Source: a virus
Lineage: Duplodnaviria; Heunggongvirae; Uroviricota; Caudoviricetes
Direction: 5' to 3' (one strand)
DNA: 64,000 bases
Virus record (IMG/VR): IMGVR_UViG_2585427970_000001
Shown one piece after another: positions 10,578 through 20,440 of the stretch. The notes under the pieces were generated by a model that worked only from the letters and a program-made list of their open reading frames with translations, was not told where the DNA came from and searched no databases. The first letter of the stretch is position 1. Each line of letters opens with the position of its first letter. Position numbers and translations under genes: made by a program.

Positions 10578-10964
10578 ATGGAAATGAAAAAAAACATTTG
10601 CTATATAAAGAGCGAAATAAAAGAGCATAGTATTACTGTTCACCTGTGGGTATTTGCATCGCTGACAAAAATTGAGTGTGATGTGCTTGAGTTAATAATG
10701 AAAGGGTATAGCTCTACAAAAATATCACACCTCCGGAATCGTAGTGATAAAACTGTATCGTCACAAAAGAGACAGATATACAAAAAACTGGGTGTCCGAA
10801 ATGATCTTACATTCTGGATTGATATTTTTTTGTCACCATCGATAAGAACAGTTTTTTACCGGAAAGGGGACGTTGTTCACATAGGAAATGAAATTTTCGG
10901 AATGTCCGGTGATGCATTAAAGCTTTGGAATAATTCACTGAACACATCACCGGACAAAAAGTGA
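10578..10964 (+). CDS. LuxR/GerE-type HTH regulator (HTH-only, 128 aa)
   Basis: ...LTKIECDVLELIMKGYSSTKISHLRNRSDKTVSSQKRQIYKKLGV... matches the LuxR-family HTH pattern. Confidence 0.55.
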   Translation: MEMKKNICYIKSEIKEHSITVHLWVFASLTKIECDVLELIMKGYSSTKISHLRNRSDKTVSSQKRQIYKKLGVRNDLTFWIDIFLSPSIRTVFYRKGDVVHIGNEIFGMSGDALKLWNNSLNTSPDKK

Positions 10965-11034
10965 GTATTAATAATTACTGCTGTATCAGTTTGAAGAAGG
11001 TTTAATTAACAAACTGGTTATCATATACACGCCG

Positions 11035-11064
11035 GCTCAGACCGGCGATTTCTTTTTTGTATGT
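11035..11064 (+). terminator. Rho-independent terminator (CGCCGG-loop-CCGGCG, then T-run)
   Basis: Perfect 6-bp GC stem at 11035-11040 / 11047-11052 followed by ATTTCTTTTTTG. Confidence 0.7.
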
Positions 11065-11259
11065 AGATCTTCTATGCTTCTCACGTGTTTGTGAATTAAA
11101 ACACCTAAAGGTGTTAAGCGCTAGCAAGAAGGAGGGTGGTGGCAGTAATGTTGTATTTGGCATGCTCACTCACATAATCAATGACGCAAGAAGTGGGAAA
11201 TTTTATGATTGTCCGGTTATTTAATACGCAAAGAGCTGGTGCTTTATGCCTGTGAAGTT

Positions 11260-11290
11260 TATAATTGTGTACACATGACGAGTACACGAG
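11260..11290 (+). promoter_or_regulatory. phd-doc promoter/operator: TATAAT -10 followed by palindromic Phd operator half-sites (TGTGTACACA, GAGTACAC)
   Basis: TATAAT at 11260-11265; perfect 10-bp palindrome at 11266-11275 and a related site at about 11280-11287, immediately upstream of phd. Confidence 0.6.
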
Positions 11291-11296
11291 GTGTTT

Positions 11297-11518
11297 ATGC
11301 AATCCATTAACTTCCGTACCGCGCGCGGCAACCTTTCTGAAGTGCTCAACAATGTTGAAGCCGGGGAAGAGGTTGAAATCACCCGCAGAGGCCGTGAGCC
11401 AGCAGTAATTGTCAGCAAGGCTACTTTCGAAGCCTACAAAAAAGCGGCGCTGGATGCTGAATTTGCATCCCTGTTTGACACCCTGGACTCCACCAACAAG
11501 GAACTGGTTAACCGATAA
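11297..11518 (+). CDS. phd: Phd antitoxin (prevent-host-death), P1-type
   Basis: Matches P1 Phd as remembered: [73 protein letters not shown]. Confidence 0.95.
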   Translation: MQSINFRTARGNLSEVLNNVEAGEEVEITRRGREPAVIVSKATFEAYKKAALDAEFASLFDTLDSTNKELVNR

Positions 11519-11898
11519 TGAGGCATATATCACCGGAAGAACTTATTGCGCTTCATGATGCGAATATAAACCGCTACGGCGGCCTGCCGGGAATGTCAGA
11601 TCCGGGTAGGGCAGAGGCCATTATCGGGAGAGTTCAGGCCAGAGTTGCCTACGAAGAGATCACCGACCTTTTCGAAGTCTCCGCCACCTACCTGGTGGCT
11701 ACAGCGAGAGGGCATATATTCAATGATGCCAATAAGCGTACCGCGCTAAACAGTGCGTTGTTATTTCTACGCCGTAACGGGGTGCAGGTATTTGATTCAC
11801 CTGAACTGGCAGACCTTACCGTAGGGGCTGCGACCGGAGAGATATCTGTATCTTCTGTCGCCGACACGTTACGTAGATTGTATGGTTCCGCGGAGTAG
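11518..11898 (+). CDS. doc: Doc toxin (death on curing; Fic-fold kinase)
   Basis: 126 aa, [22 protein letters not shown]...; ATG overlaps the phd stop (TAATG), the classic phd-doc arrangement. Confidence 0.95.
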   Translation: MRHISPEELIALHDANINRYGGLPGMSDPGRAEAIIGRVQARVAYEEITDLFEVSATYLVATARGHIFNDANKRTALNSALLFLRRNGVQVFDSPELADLTVGAATGEISVSSVADTLRRLYGSAE

Positions 11899-12082
11899 AT
11901 TAATGGCACGTAAATACAACAAATTGTCCCGTGAAGCGTTAAAGATGCTTCTTGATGGCGTGAGTCGCCGCGAGGTAAAGCAATACCTGGTTGGTAAGCA
12001 AATTGGAGCCAGGACTGCTATTGCTGTGTTATGCCGTCAGGAAATGGTTGTGCTTAAACAGAGAATGCCGGGCAGCAGATAA
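11882..12082 (+). CDS. Small post-doc protein (P1 PdcA-like by position)
   Basis: 66-aa ORF immediately after doc; named by synteny with P1 only. Confidence 0.35.
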   Translation: MVPRSRLMARKYNKLSREALKMLLDGVSRREVKQYLVGKQIGARTAIAVLCRQEMVVLKQRMPGSR

Positions 12083-12109
12083 AGCCCAATCAGTGATGAA
12101 AGGTGTGAT

Positions 12110-13153
12110 GTGAAAGCCGTAATTACTCCCTTTGTACAAAAAGAGCTTGGCGTCGCCACATTCAAAGTGGATCAGGAAGTCAGAAAGCTGGTGGAGGCTG
12201 GCCGTAAATTTATTATGGAGCCGGTGCCGCGTGAGTTAATCGAGCACATGGACGACGGCCTCGTTGTTTCCGAGCAAACCATGGCAACAAATGAGGCGTT
12301 GCAGCCGTTTTTTAACAGCGATGAGCTGTTTCGTCGTATTGGTGGAATTGACGCGCTGGTGGCGTGGTTGCGCAGGAAAGAGGGGCGATGCCAGGCCGCA
12401 GATCGTAGTTGGTGTGACAACCATATTGTCCACGCTGAACGAGACAATAGCGCGGTGTTGCTGTGCTGGCATCACGATAACCATTACTGGATGCGTGGTT
12501 TTAATGAGCTGAAAGAAACGCTGCATAATAATCGCGTTAACTGGATACTGGATGTCGCCCGTCAGGAAATGGGGCTTTCAGATGGCTATGATTTAAGTAT
12601 TCAGGAACTGTGCTGGTGGGCTTTCATGCGCAACATGATGCACCTGATGCCGGAAGAAGTTTGCCGTATATCAATAAATAAGATGAAGGCTGCTCCGCAG
12701 GATAGCGGACCTTTGAAAGAGGCGGATATTCGCCCGTATGACGATCGTGCTACAGCATATGTTCAGATGATGGAAGAACGCGCCGCGCCGATGCGTGCAA
12801 AAGTATGCCCTGTGGATGTTGACTCCGACCCTGGCACGGCGCATTTCAAAATACCAAAACTGCAATCGCTAAAATTACCTGAGTACATGGACTTTGTTGC
12901 TTCCCGTCCATGCTGTGGGTGTGGAGCGGCGGGAGCTGGCGCTCACATTACGCCTTATATCGTTCGTCATAGTCGATTATGCGCGCATGACATTTACGCA
13001 ATTCCTCTGTGCCAGTCATGCCAGCGTGATATTGAGCGTGACCGCGATAATTGGGAGAAGACGCACGGTAGGCTGGCGATGCATCAACGATTGTTCTTTG
13101 ATTACGCGCTTGGAGTCGGCGCTATCACAAGTCACTCGTCTAGCGTTAGATAA
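12110..13153 (+). CDS. Post-doc protein (P1 PdcB-like by position), Cys-rich C-terminus
   Basis: 347-aa ORF between doc and lpa; C-terminal CCGC...CQSC cysteine cluster; function unknown. Confidence 0.45.
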   Translation: MKAVITPFVQKELGVATFKVDQEVRKLVEAGRKFIMEPVPRELIEHMDDGLVVSEQTMATNEALQPFFNSDELFRRIGGIDALVAWLRRKEGRCQAADRSWCDNHIVHAERDNSAVLLCWHHDNHYWMRGFNELKETLHNNRVNWILDVARQEMGLSDGYDLSIQELCWWAFMRNMMHLMPEEVCRISINKMKAAPQDSGPLKEADIRPYDDRATAYVQMMEERAAPMRAKVCPVDVDSDPGTAHFKIPKLQSLKLPEYMDFVASRPCCGCGAAGAGAHITPYIVRHSRLCAHDIYAIPLCQSCQRDIERDRDNWEKTHGRLAMHQRLFFDYALGVGAITSHSSSVR

Positions 13154-13154
13154 A

Positions 13155-13171
13155 ATTGCTCTAATGTATTG
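13155..13171 (+). promoter_or_regulatory. C1 operator-like site (14/17 to ATTGCTCTAATAAATTT) upstream of lpa
   Basis: ATTGCTCTAATGTATTG; the conserved ATTGCTCTAAT core is present. Confidence 0.45.
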
Positions 13172-13241
13172 CTATTTCTTTAATCGATGGTATTATATTC
13201 CACGTTGATTAGTTGACATGGGCTAATCAGTAGGTGACAGG

Positions 13242-13694
13242 ATGTTACTTAACTGGCAGGGACGCCACTTCATGGAAATAAATCACTCACGAATAACATC
13301 GTATGAGATTGCGGATTACATGATCCGCACTAAATCTCTTCTATCAGCGAAAGAACTCGCAGCAATTCTTGAAAAGGAATACCCGCATCTGGATGTCGAT
13401 AAGCGCGATGTTTATCTGCGCTTAAAGGCTATCGCTGTGTCTAAGTATTCGTCTGTTTTGATTGATGACAGTACACGCCCACGTAGATTTCAGATCCACT
13501 CTCTGAATCCTGAATTCTTTCGCCGTAGCCGCGCTCCGCGCCGGTTTGATGAAAAACTCCAGAACGAACTCTATATGACGCAGGACGAAAAGGAACGCCG
13601 GGAGCACCAGCCTTGGGTAATGGCGCGTCAACTTTTCAATAAGGTGGCCCGTCAGCACCGTCATTACGGTAATGCCACATCCGCACGTATCTGA
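13242..13694 (+). CDS. lpa: Late promoter activator Lpa-like protein
   Basis: 150-aa basic protein in the P1 position between pdcB and pacA, preceded by a C1 operator-like site. Confidence 0.55.
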   Translation: MLLNWQGRHFMEINHSRITSYEIADYMIRTKSLLSAKELAAILEKEYPHLDVDKRDVYLRLKAIAVSKYSSVLIDDSTRPRRFQIHSLNPEFFRRSRAPRRFDEKLQNELYMTQDEKERREHQPWVMARQLFNKVARQHRHYGNATSARI

Positions 13695-13779
13695 TTGATT
13701 GCTTGCCCGTTCCGGGCCTTTTGACATGTGACTTTCGTTACCCTCGCGTCAAAAAGAGTTTTTACGAAAGGAAGCATAA

Positions 13780-14973
13780 GTGACCTGGGACGATCACAAG
13801 AAGAATTTTGCTCGCCTGGCGCGAGATGGTGGTTACACCATCGCACAGTATGCCGCCGAGTTTAATCTTAACCCTAATACCGCACGTCGTTATCTCCGTG
13901 CCTTCAAAGAAGACACCAGGACTGCGGACAGCCGCAAGCCAAATAAGCCAGTCAGGAAGCCACTAAAAAGCATGATCATTGATCACTCTAATGATCAACA
14001 TGCAGGTGATCATATTGCGGCTGAAATAGCGGAAAAACAGAGAGTTAATGCCGTTGTCAGTGCCGCAGTCGAGAATGCGAAGCGCCAAAATAAGCGCATA
14101 AATGATCGTTCAGATGATCATGACGTGATCACCCGCGCCCACCGGACCTTACGTGATCGCCTGGAACGCGACACCCTGGATGATGATGGTGAACGCTTTG
14201 AATTCGAAGCTGACGATTACCTGATAGATAACGTTGAAGCGCGGAAGGCCGCGCGCGCTATGTTGCGTCGGTCCGGGGCCGATGTTCTGGAAACCACTCT
14301 TCTTGAAAAGTCTCTTTCTCATCTCCTTATGCTGGAGAACGCCAGGGATACGTGTATTCGCCTGGTGCAGGAAATGCGCGATCAGCAAAAAAACGATGAT
14401 GAAGGTACTCCGCCTGAATACCGTATCGCGAGCATGCTAAACAGCTGTTCCGCGCAGATAAGCAGTCTGATCAACACCATTTACAGCATCCGGAATAACT
14501 ATCGAAAAGAAAGCCGGGAGGCGGAAAAGCACGCTTTATCTATGGGGCAAGCTGGCATTGTTAAGCTGGCATACGAACGAAAGCGTGAAAATAACTGGTC
14601 AGTGCTGGAAGCAGCTGAATTCATCGAGGCGCATGGCGGGAAAGTGCCGCCCCTGATGCTGGAGCAAATCAAAGCCGATCTGCGTGCTCCTAAGACCAAT
14701 ACCGATGATGAGGAAAGGCAAACTGCCGTCGGTGGCCCTTCTCTTGAAGATCTGGACAAAGTTGCGCGAGAACGGGCCGCCAACCGCCGCGCCGATGCCG
14801 CATTGTGGATTGAGCAACGTAGGGAAGAAATCGCCGATATCGTTGATACAGGCGGTTATGGAGATGTTGATACTGAAGGTGTATCAAACGAACCATGGCT
14901 GGAACAAGACCTGGACGAAGACGAGGAGGAAGACGAAGAAGTTACCCGCAAGCTATACGGGGATGATGATTAA
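13780..14973 (+). CDS. pacA: Terminase small/pac-recognition subunit PacA (GTG start)
   Basis: 397 aa; contains the pac-type clustered TGATCA/G hexamers in its 5' part; followed directly by pacB. Confidence 0.8.
   Translation: MTWDDHKKNFARLARDGGYTIAQYAAEFNLNPNTARRYLRAFKEDTRTADSRKPNKPVRKPLKSMIIDHSNDQHAGDHIAAEIAEKQRVNAVVSAAVENAKRQNKRINDRSDDHDVITRAHRTLRDRLERDTLDDDGERFEFEADDYLIDNVEARKAARAMLRRSGADVLETTLLEKSLSHLLMLENARDTCIRLVQEMRDQQKNDDEGTPPEYRIASMLNSCSAQISSLINTIYSIRNNYRKESREAEKHALSMGQAGIVKLAYERKRENNWSVLEAAEFIEAHGGKVPPLMLEQIKADLRAPKTNTDDEERQTAVGGPSLEDLDKVARERAANRRADAALWIEQRREEIADIVDTGGYGDVDTEGVSNEPWLEQDLDEDEEEDEEVTRKLYGDDD
13971..14160 (+). promoter_or_regulatory. P1-type pac site: two clusters of Dam-methylatable GATC hexamers (4 + 4) flanking the presumed cleavage region
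   Basis: GATC at 13974, 13981, 13993, 14008 and at 14104, 14117, 14127, 14154, all in TGATCA/G-type context. Confidence 0.7.
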
Positions 14974-15358
14974 TGGCCAGAAGTTGCGTAACGGATCCAC
15001 GTTGGCGCGAGCTGGTGGCGCTATATCGTTATGACTGGATTGCGGCCGCTGATGTTTTGTTCGGCAAAACACCTACCTGGCAGCAGGATCTGATTATTGA
15101 GTCTGTGCAGGAACAGGGTAGCAAGACATCTGTTTCGTCTGGTCACGGTACCGGGAAATCAGACATGACTTCTATCATGATCATGTTGTTCATAATCATG
15201 TATCCCGGTGCCCGCGCCATTATCGTTGCGAACAAAATTCAGCAGGTAATGACCGGTATATTCAAGTACATCAAGATAAACTGGGCTACTGCCACCAGCC
15301 GTTTTCCATGGCTTGCTGATTATTTTGTTCTGACAGAAACCGCTTTCTATGAGGTTAC
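14973..15358 (+). pseudogene. pacB: pacB (terminase large subunit), 5' fragment interrupted by an IS element
   Basis: Reading frame ...ETAFYEVT runs straight into the IS left inverted repeat at 15359. Confidence 0.85.
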
Positions 15359-15412
15359 TGAACCGCCCCGGGAATCCTGGAGACTAAACTTCCTGAGAAA
15401 GAGGTAAACAGG

Positions 15413-15739
15413 ATGACTAAAAATACTCGTTTTTCCCCCGAAGTCCGTCAACGGGCAGTCCGTATGGTTCTGGAAAGTCAGAGCGAATATGACTCACAAT
15501 GGGCGACAATTTGTTCCATTGCTCCAAAGATTGGCTGTACGCCGGAGACTCTGCGTGTCTGGGTTCGCCAGCATGAGCGGGATACCGGGGGCGGTGATGG
15601 AGGGCTCACCACCGCTGAACGTCAGCGTCTGAAAGAGCTGGAACGTGAAAATCGTGAACTGCGCCGCAGTAACGATATCCTTCGCCAGGCTTCCGCTTAT
15701 TTTGCGAAGGCGGAGTTCGACCGCCTCTGGAAAAAGTGA
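15413..15739 (+). CDS. IS3-family transposase OrfA (HTH)
   Basis: 108 aa, [23 protein letters not shown]...; leucine-zipper-like C-terminus. Confidence 0.9.
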   Translation: MTKNTRFSPEVRQRAVRMVLESQSEYDSQWATICSIAPKIGCTPETLRVWVRQHERDTGGGDGGLTTAERQRLKELERENRELRRSNDILRQASAYFAKAEFDRLWKK

Positions 15740-16626
15740 TGCCACTGCTGGATAAGCTGCGTAAGCTGTACGGGGTCGGACCGGTATGCAGTGAACTACA
15801 TATTGCCCCGTCAACGTATTACCACTGTCAGCAACAGCGACATCATCCGGATAAACGCAGTGCCCGTGCGCAGCGCGATGACTGGCTGAAGAAAGAGATA
15901 CAGCGCGTATACGATGAAAATCACAAGGTATACGGTGTGCGTAAAGTCTGGCGTCAGTTGTTACGGGAAGGTATCAGAGTGGCCAGATGCACTGTGGCAC
16001 GTCTCATGGCGGTTATGGGACTTGCCGGTGTTCTCCGGGGTAAAAAGGTCCGTACGACCATCAGCCGGAAAGCCGTTGCCGCAGGCGACCGCGTAAACCG
16101 TCAGTTCGTGGCAGAACGACCTGACCAGCTGTGGGTGGCTGATTTTACTTACGTCAGCACATGGCGGGGCTTCGTCTATGTGGCGTTCATCATTGATGTG
16201 TTTGCCGGATACATCGTGGGGTGGCGGGTCTCATCGTCCATGGAAACGACATTCGTGCTGGATGCACTGGAGCAGGCGTTATGGGCCCGTCGACCGTCCG
16301 GCACGGTCCATCACAGTGATAAAGGTTCTCAGTATGTATCGCTGGCCTACACACAGCGGCTTAAGGAAGCCGGATTACTGGCATCAACAGGAAGTACAGG
16401 CGACTCGTATGACAACGCGATGGCGGAGAGCATCAATGGTCTTTACAAAGCGGAGGTAATACACCGTAAGAGCTGGAAAAACCGTGCAGAAGTGGAACTG
16501 GCCACACTCACGTGGGTGGACTGGTATAACAATCGACGATTGCTGGAAAGGCTGGGCCATACTCCTCCGGCAGAAGCAGAAAAAGCTTATTATGCTTCCA
16601 TCGGAAACGATGATCTGGCAGCCTGA
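15736..16626 (+). CDS. IS3-family transposase OrfB (DDE catalytic domain), expressed by -1 frameshift as OrfAB
   Basis: 296 aa with an integrase-type core (...[10 protein letters not shown]...[15 protein letters not shown]...); overlaps orfA in the -1 frame. Confidence 0.9.
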   Translation: MMPLLDKLRKLYGVGPVCSELHIAPSTYYHCQQQRHHPDKRSARAQRDDWLKKEIQRVYDENHKVYGVRKVWRQLLREGIRVARCTVARLMAVMGLAGVLRGKKVRTTISRKAVAAGDRVNRQFVAERPDQLWVADFTYVSTWRGFVYVAFIIDVFAGYIVGWRVSSSMETTFVLDALEQALWARRPSGTVHHSDKGSQYVSLAYTQRLKEAGLLASTGSTGDSYDNAMAESINGLYKAEVIHRKSWKNRAEVELATLTWVDWYNNRRLLERLGHTPPAEAEKAYYASIGNDDLAA

Positions 16627-16668
16627 GTTCACAGATAAAACACTCTCCAGGAAACCCGGGGCGGTTCA

Positions 16669-17770
16669 TACTGGTAAAGGTGTATGGACTGTAGTACCGA
16701 AGGGCTTTCGTCTGGGAAGTGAAGAAGCTCTCGCCGGTGAACACGCAGATCATCTTCTGTATATTATCGATGAAGCCTCCGGTGTCAGTGATAGAGCTTT
16801 CGGTATCATCACCGGTGCTCTTACCGGACAGGATAACCGCATCTTATTACTGTCACAGCCTACACGCCCAAGCGGCTATTTCTACGATACTCACCATAAA
16901 CTGGCCAAGCGTCCTGGTAACCCTGATGGCGTTTATACGGCGATCACGCTTAACAGTGAGGAATCACCGCTGGTAACGCCAGCATTTATCAAAATGAAGC
17001 TGGCGGAGTACGGCGGGCGCGATAACCCTATGTACATGATTAAGGTACGCGGCCTATTCCCTAAATCACAGGATGGCTTCCTTCTTGGACGTGATGAGGT
17101 TGAACGTGCAACGCGGCGGAAAGTCAAGATTGCCAAAGGATGGGGCTGGCTTGCATGTGTGGACGTTGCTGGTGGTACGGGAAGGGATAAGTCCGTTATC
17201 AATATCATGATGGTGTCCGGCCAGAGAAATAAACGCCGTGTAATCAACTATCGAATGCTGGAATACACAGACGTTACAGAAACGCAGCTTGCCGCCAAAA
17301 TTTTCGCAGAATGTAATCCTGAGCGATTCCCAAATATCACCATAGCGATAGACGGCGATGGGCTGGGTAAAGCAACAGCGGATCTGATGTACGAGTATTA
17401 TGGTATTACCGTACAGCGTATACGCTGGGGTAAAAAGATGCATAGCCGTGAAGATAAGAGCCTGTACTTTGATAAACGTGCTTATGCCAACGTTCAAGCC
17501 GCAGAGGCCGTAAAATCTGGTCGTATGAGACTGGATAAGGGTAATGAAACTATTGAGGAAGCGTCGAAAATCCCTGTAGGGATTAACTCCGCAGGTCAAT
17601 GGAAGGTGATGAGTAAGGAGGATATGAAGAAAAAACTCAACCTGCACTCACCAGACCATTGGGATACATATTGTTTCGCTATGCTGGCGGATTATGTTCC
17701 CCAGGACGAAGTGCTTAGCGTCGAAGACGAAGCGCAGGTTGATGAAGCTCTTGCATGGCTTAATGAATGA
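16669..17770 (+). pseudogene. pacB: pacB, 3' fragment
   Basis: After removing the IS and one TAC copy the frame reads through continuously (...FYEVT|[12 protein letters not shown]...); the two parts sum to about 496 aa. Confidence 0.85.
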
Positions 17771-17773
17771 ATA

Positions 17774-17790
17774 TTTGCTCTAATAAATTG
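17774..17790 (+). promoter_or_regulatory. C1 operator-like site (15/17) upstream of the icd-ant module
   Basis: TTTGCTCTAATAAATTG versus consensus ATTGCTCTAATAAATTT. Confidence 0.55.
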
Positions 17791-17799
17791 TGTTTTTTA

Positions 17800-17945
17800 A
17801 CTACCGATGTTACATTGAACCTGACCTCTTGCGCCTTGAGGCATTTTCGGTTTATGCTTATCAGGCACCTCAGTAAAACGGGTGCCGGGATTGGCCTCCC
17901 GCTTAAGTCTAAGGCGATACAGACGCCGCTCGCGTCTTTTTTTTG
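17800..17945 (+). ncRNA. Candidate small regulatory RNA (c4-like antisense RNA region) ending in a strong intrinsic terminator
   Basis: No protein-coding signal; terminator GACGC-CGCTC-GCGTC plus T8 at 17921-17945; contains GTCTAAGG, also present in the icd leader, and a stretch partly complementary to the icd RBS. Confidence 0.3.
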
Positions 17946-18109
17946 TATCGGCGTACACGCACACCTCTACAATGGTGGGCTGTATGGGGCTACCTTCGGG
18001 TAGGCTGGTTACCTTGGACGCCAGTAAGGCCAACTCCGTACAGTCCACCGCCAGCAAGATTGGTCTCTTCTGCGGTGGTTACATACCAACGTCTAAGGAG
18101 GCTGCCAAT

Positions 18110-18331
18110 ATGGCTACTATCCCTACCCCAACTCATCCTGAATTTATCTGGCGCTTTTACTCCTGCCAAAAACGTCACTATCACTTCGTTATTGCACCGA
18201 CAGAAGATGAGGCACGTTCTCAGCTTCCTGACGCCCCATGTATTTTCTCTGCCCGTTTTTCCACTGATTCACGCAATTCTCTCAGTTACTGGTGCCTCCC
18301 TGTTAACGCTTCTGCTCAGGAGGGACTATGA
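18110..18331 (+). CDS. Icd-like small protein (host cell-division inhibitor family)
   Basis: Strong SD (AAGGAGG) 7 nt upstream; motif FIWRF...VIAPTEDEARSQL...FSARF resembles Icd-like proteins; stop overlaps the ant start. Confidence 0.5.
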   Translation: MATIPTPTHPEFIWRFYSCQKRHYHFVIAPTEDEARSQLPDAPCIFSARFSTDSRNSLSYWCLPVNASAQEGL

Positions 18332-19446
18332 GAACATCGTTAGTTACCCGTGAAGAGATGATCGAGGCAATTGAACAGCACACTGCCTGTATCAGTACCA
18401 GGGATATACCAGGCGTTATTGCCAACTACTTCATGATCACCAAACAACTTTACCGGAGAAAGGACAAGAACGCGGTTCACCGTATCCTGTTGTCTGATAT
18501 CCGCGAATACCTGCTCGAACAGGGTCATCTGAATTACGCAACCGTCGCAGCCGAATCACGCAAGGAGGCACACAGAATGAAAGCAACTAACGTTAAATCA
18601 GAAAAAATTCATGCACCTTCAGTTCAGGAATCGGAGCTGGTGGTTGTTCAGAATCAGTCTGATGAAATTCCCGTTCTGGAATGGCAGGGAGTGCGTGTAG
18701 TGACAACCGAGACTCTTGCTAGAGGGTATGGGACAGAAACAATCCGTATTCGCCAAAATCATCATGAGAACAAAGTACGCTTTGTTGAAGGGAAGCACTT
18801 TTTCAAAGTTGAAGGAGAATCATTGCGCGAGTTGAAGCACAGAGTAGCTTTAAACTACTCTGTAAAAATTGCTCGCAATGTTCGCTCACTCACCCTCTGG
18901 ACAGAACGCGGCGCAGCCCGCCACGCTAAAATGCTCGAAACCGATCAGGCATGGGCATTCTTTGAAAAACTGGAAGACAGCTACTTCCGGCAAAAAGAAC
19001 AGCAACCGGTTGCAATCCCCCAGACGCTTCCAGAAGCTCTGCGCCTGGCTGCCGAACTGGCTGAACAAAAGCAGCTTCTGGAACAGAAAGCCCACCAGCT
19101 AAATCAGCAGCTGGTGGCCGCCGCTCCTAAAGTCGATTTTGCCGACCGGGTATCAGTAGCTAAAGGGATCCTGATTGGGAATTTTGCAAAGGTTGTTGGA
19201 CTTAAGCAAAACGCGCTGTTTGCCTGGTTACGGGAGAACGGCATCCTGATAGCGTCCGGTGGACGTAAAAATGTGCCGTTCCAGCAGTACATCAATGCGG
19301 GGTATTTCACGGTGAAAGAAGTGGTGCTGGATGATGAAGATGGCTACCAGATACGGTTGACGCCTCAATTAACGGGTAAAGGCCAGCAGTGGTTGACGCG
19401 TAAACTGCTCGATGCTGGCTTGTTAAAACCGGTGGCGGCTGAATAA
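18328..19446 (+). CDS. Antirepressor-like protein (ORF6N/KilA-N type domain plus C-terminal KilAC-type domain)
   Basis: 372 aa; ...IPVLEWQGVRVVTTETLARGYG...FFKVEGESLRELK... and C-terminal ...VAKGILIGNFAKVVGLKQNALFAWLRENGIL...; the true start could be the internal Met at 18577. Confidence 0.6.
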   Translation: MRTSLVTREEMIEAIEQHTACISTRDIPGVIANYFMITKQLYRRKDKNAVHRILLSDIREYLLEQGHLNYATVAAESRKEAHRMKATNVKSEKIHAPSVQESELVVVQNQSDEIPVLEWQGVRVVTTETLARGYGTETIRIRQNHHENKVRFVEGKHFFKVEGESLRELKHRVALNYSVKIARNVRSLTLWTERGAARHAKMLETDQAWAFFEKLEDSYFRQKEQQPVAIPQTLPEALRLAAELAEQKQLLEQKAHQLNQQLVAAAPKVDFADRVSVAKGILIGNFAKVVGLKQNALFAWLRENGILIASGGRKNVPFQQYINAGYFTVKEVVLDDEDGYQIRLTPQLTGKGQQWLTRKLLDAGLLKPVAAE

Positions 19447-19478
19447 TGGAAGAATGCCCGGTTGATGCCGGGCATAAT

Positions 19479-20330
19479 TTATTGCGCGCTTTCGGGGTTG
19501 TCGTTTACTGGCTGCCCCTTCTTGGTTTTACGGCTGCGCGTAACTGATGCGGCTGACTTAACCTTTTTCTCTTCGCGAGTGATGGCAATTTGTTTTTTTA
19601 CATTTTCAATATCTGCCAGGCGATATATTTTTGCTTGCGGCCAGCGGTCGCAGATGATCGGTTCTATGGAGTCATAAAGGCTAAATTTTGCTTTTTCGAA
19701 TTCACCGTTGATGATAATTCCATCACGGAGAGTTTCATCGCAGATAAACACGCCACACAGTGGCACATGGTAACTAACTGATTTACCATCATTGTAGTTA
19801 GGGCTACTGGAAATGTAGTGGACGCGCAGCATTGTTTCGCTAAAGCCGTGTACGCGCATACGGAATTTTTCATCCTCCGGGTACTGCCTCATTAGCTCTT
19901 TTGTTGCTTCCAGGTTCTCTATGTATTTCGCACTGTGCTCATTGATCCCCGCGCTTTTTTGGATGCGAATGTCCTTATCAATCAGATGAATAATGCGGCC
20001 AGCGGTCATGTTGACGCTGTTCACAGCTTCTGTCTGATAAGTTGTAACCTTGCGCACACCGCGAAGGATGTTAGGCACTGGATATAAAATAGTCTTTGGG
20101 ATATTGAGGTCTGGGTACTGTTCCAGTTCCCGCGCCATTAAAGTCCATTTATCAATTTCAGCCTGAATGCTGTCAGTTTCTTTGAACGGTAGAACGACAA
20201 CCGGGCGTACAGGACGACCGTCGCTGGCTGTATCAACGTGTTGGGCGCGTGCAACAGCTTTTTTTAGAAAGAGATCCCTGAAGCTGACGAACTCCTGGTA
20301 CAGTTGTTCGCCGTAGACATAATTTATCAT
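19479..20330 (-). CDS. c1: C1 repressor of lysis (primary immunity repressor)
   Basis: 283 aa, the length of P1 C1; N-terminus MINYVYGEQLYQEFVSFRDLFLKK...; flanked by multiple C1 operators, next to coi and loxP. Confidence 0.85.
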   Translation of the reverse strand: MINYVYGEQLYQEFVSFRDLFLKKAVARAQHVDTASDGRPVRPVVVLPFKETDSIQAEIDKWTLMARELEQYPDLNIPKTILYPVPNILRGVRKVTTYQTEAVNSVNMTAGRIIHLIDKDIRIQKSAGINEHSAKYIENLEATKELMRQYPEDEKFRMRVHGFSETMLRVHYISSSPNYNDGKSVSYHVPLCGVFICDETLRDGIIINGEFEKAKFSLYDSIEPIICDRWPQAKIYRLADIENVKKQIAITREEKKVKSAASVTRSRKTKKGQPVNDNPESAQ

Positions 20331-20440
20331 TGATCCTCCTCCAGAATTGACATGGTCAATAACGCCCGGCTGAGAAAACCGGTCATTACTGACCTATATT
20401 ATAGAGGGATCAAACAAAAATAATAGATTTATTAGTGCAT

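Larger units (their letters stand above)
15359..16668 (+). mobile_element. IS3-family insertion sequence (IS629/IS1203-like), 1310 bp, with 3-bp target duplication TAC
   Basis: Terminal inverted repeats TGAACCGCCCCGGGAATCCTGGAGA (left) and TGAACCGCCCCGGGTTTCCTGGAGA (right, reverse complement); TAC at 15356-15358 and 16669-16671; orfA/orfB with A AAA AAG slippery site at 15731-15736. Confidence 0.9.

Noticed and set aside
18328-18576. N-terminal 83 aa of the antirepressor ORF as a separate small gene
   Set aside because: Cannot distinguish a single 372-aa protein from two genes by sequence alone; kept as one ORF with the internal start noted.
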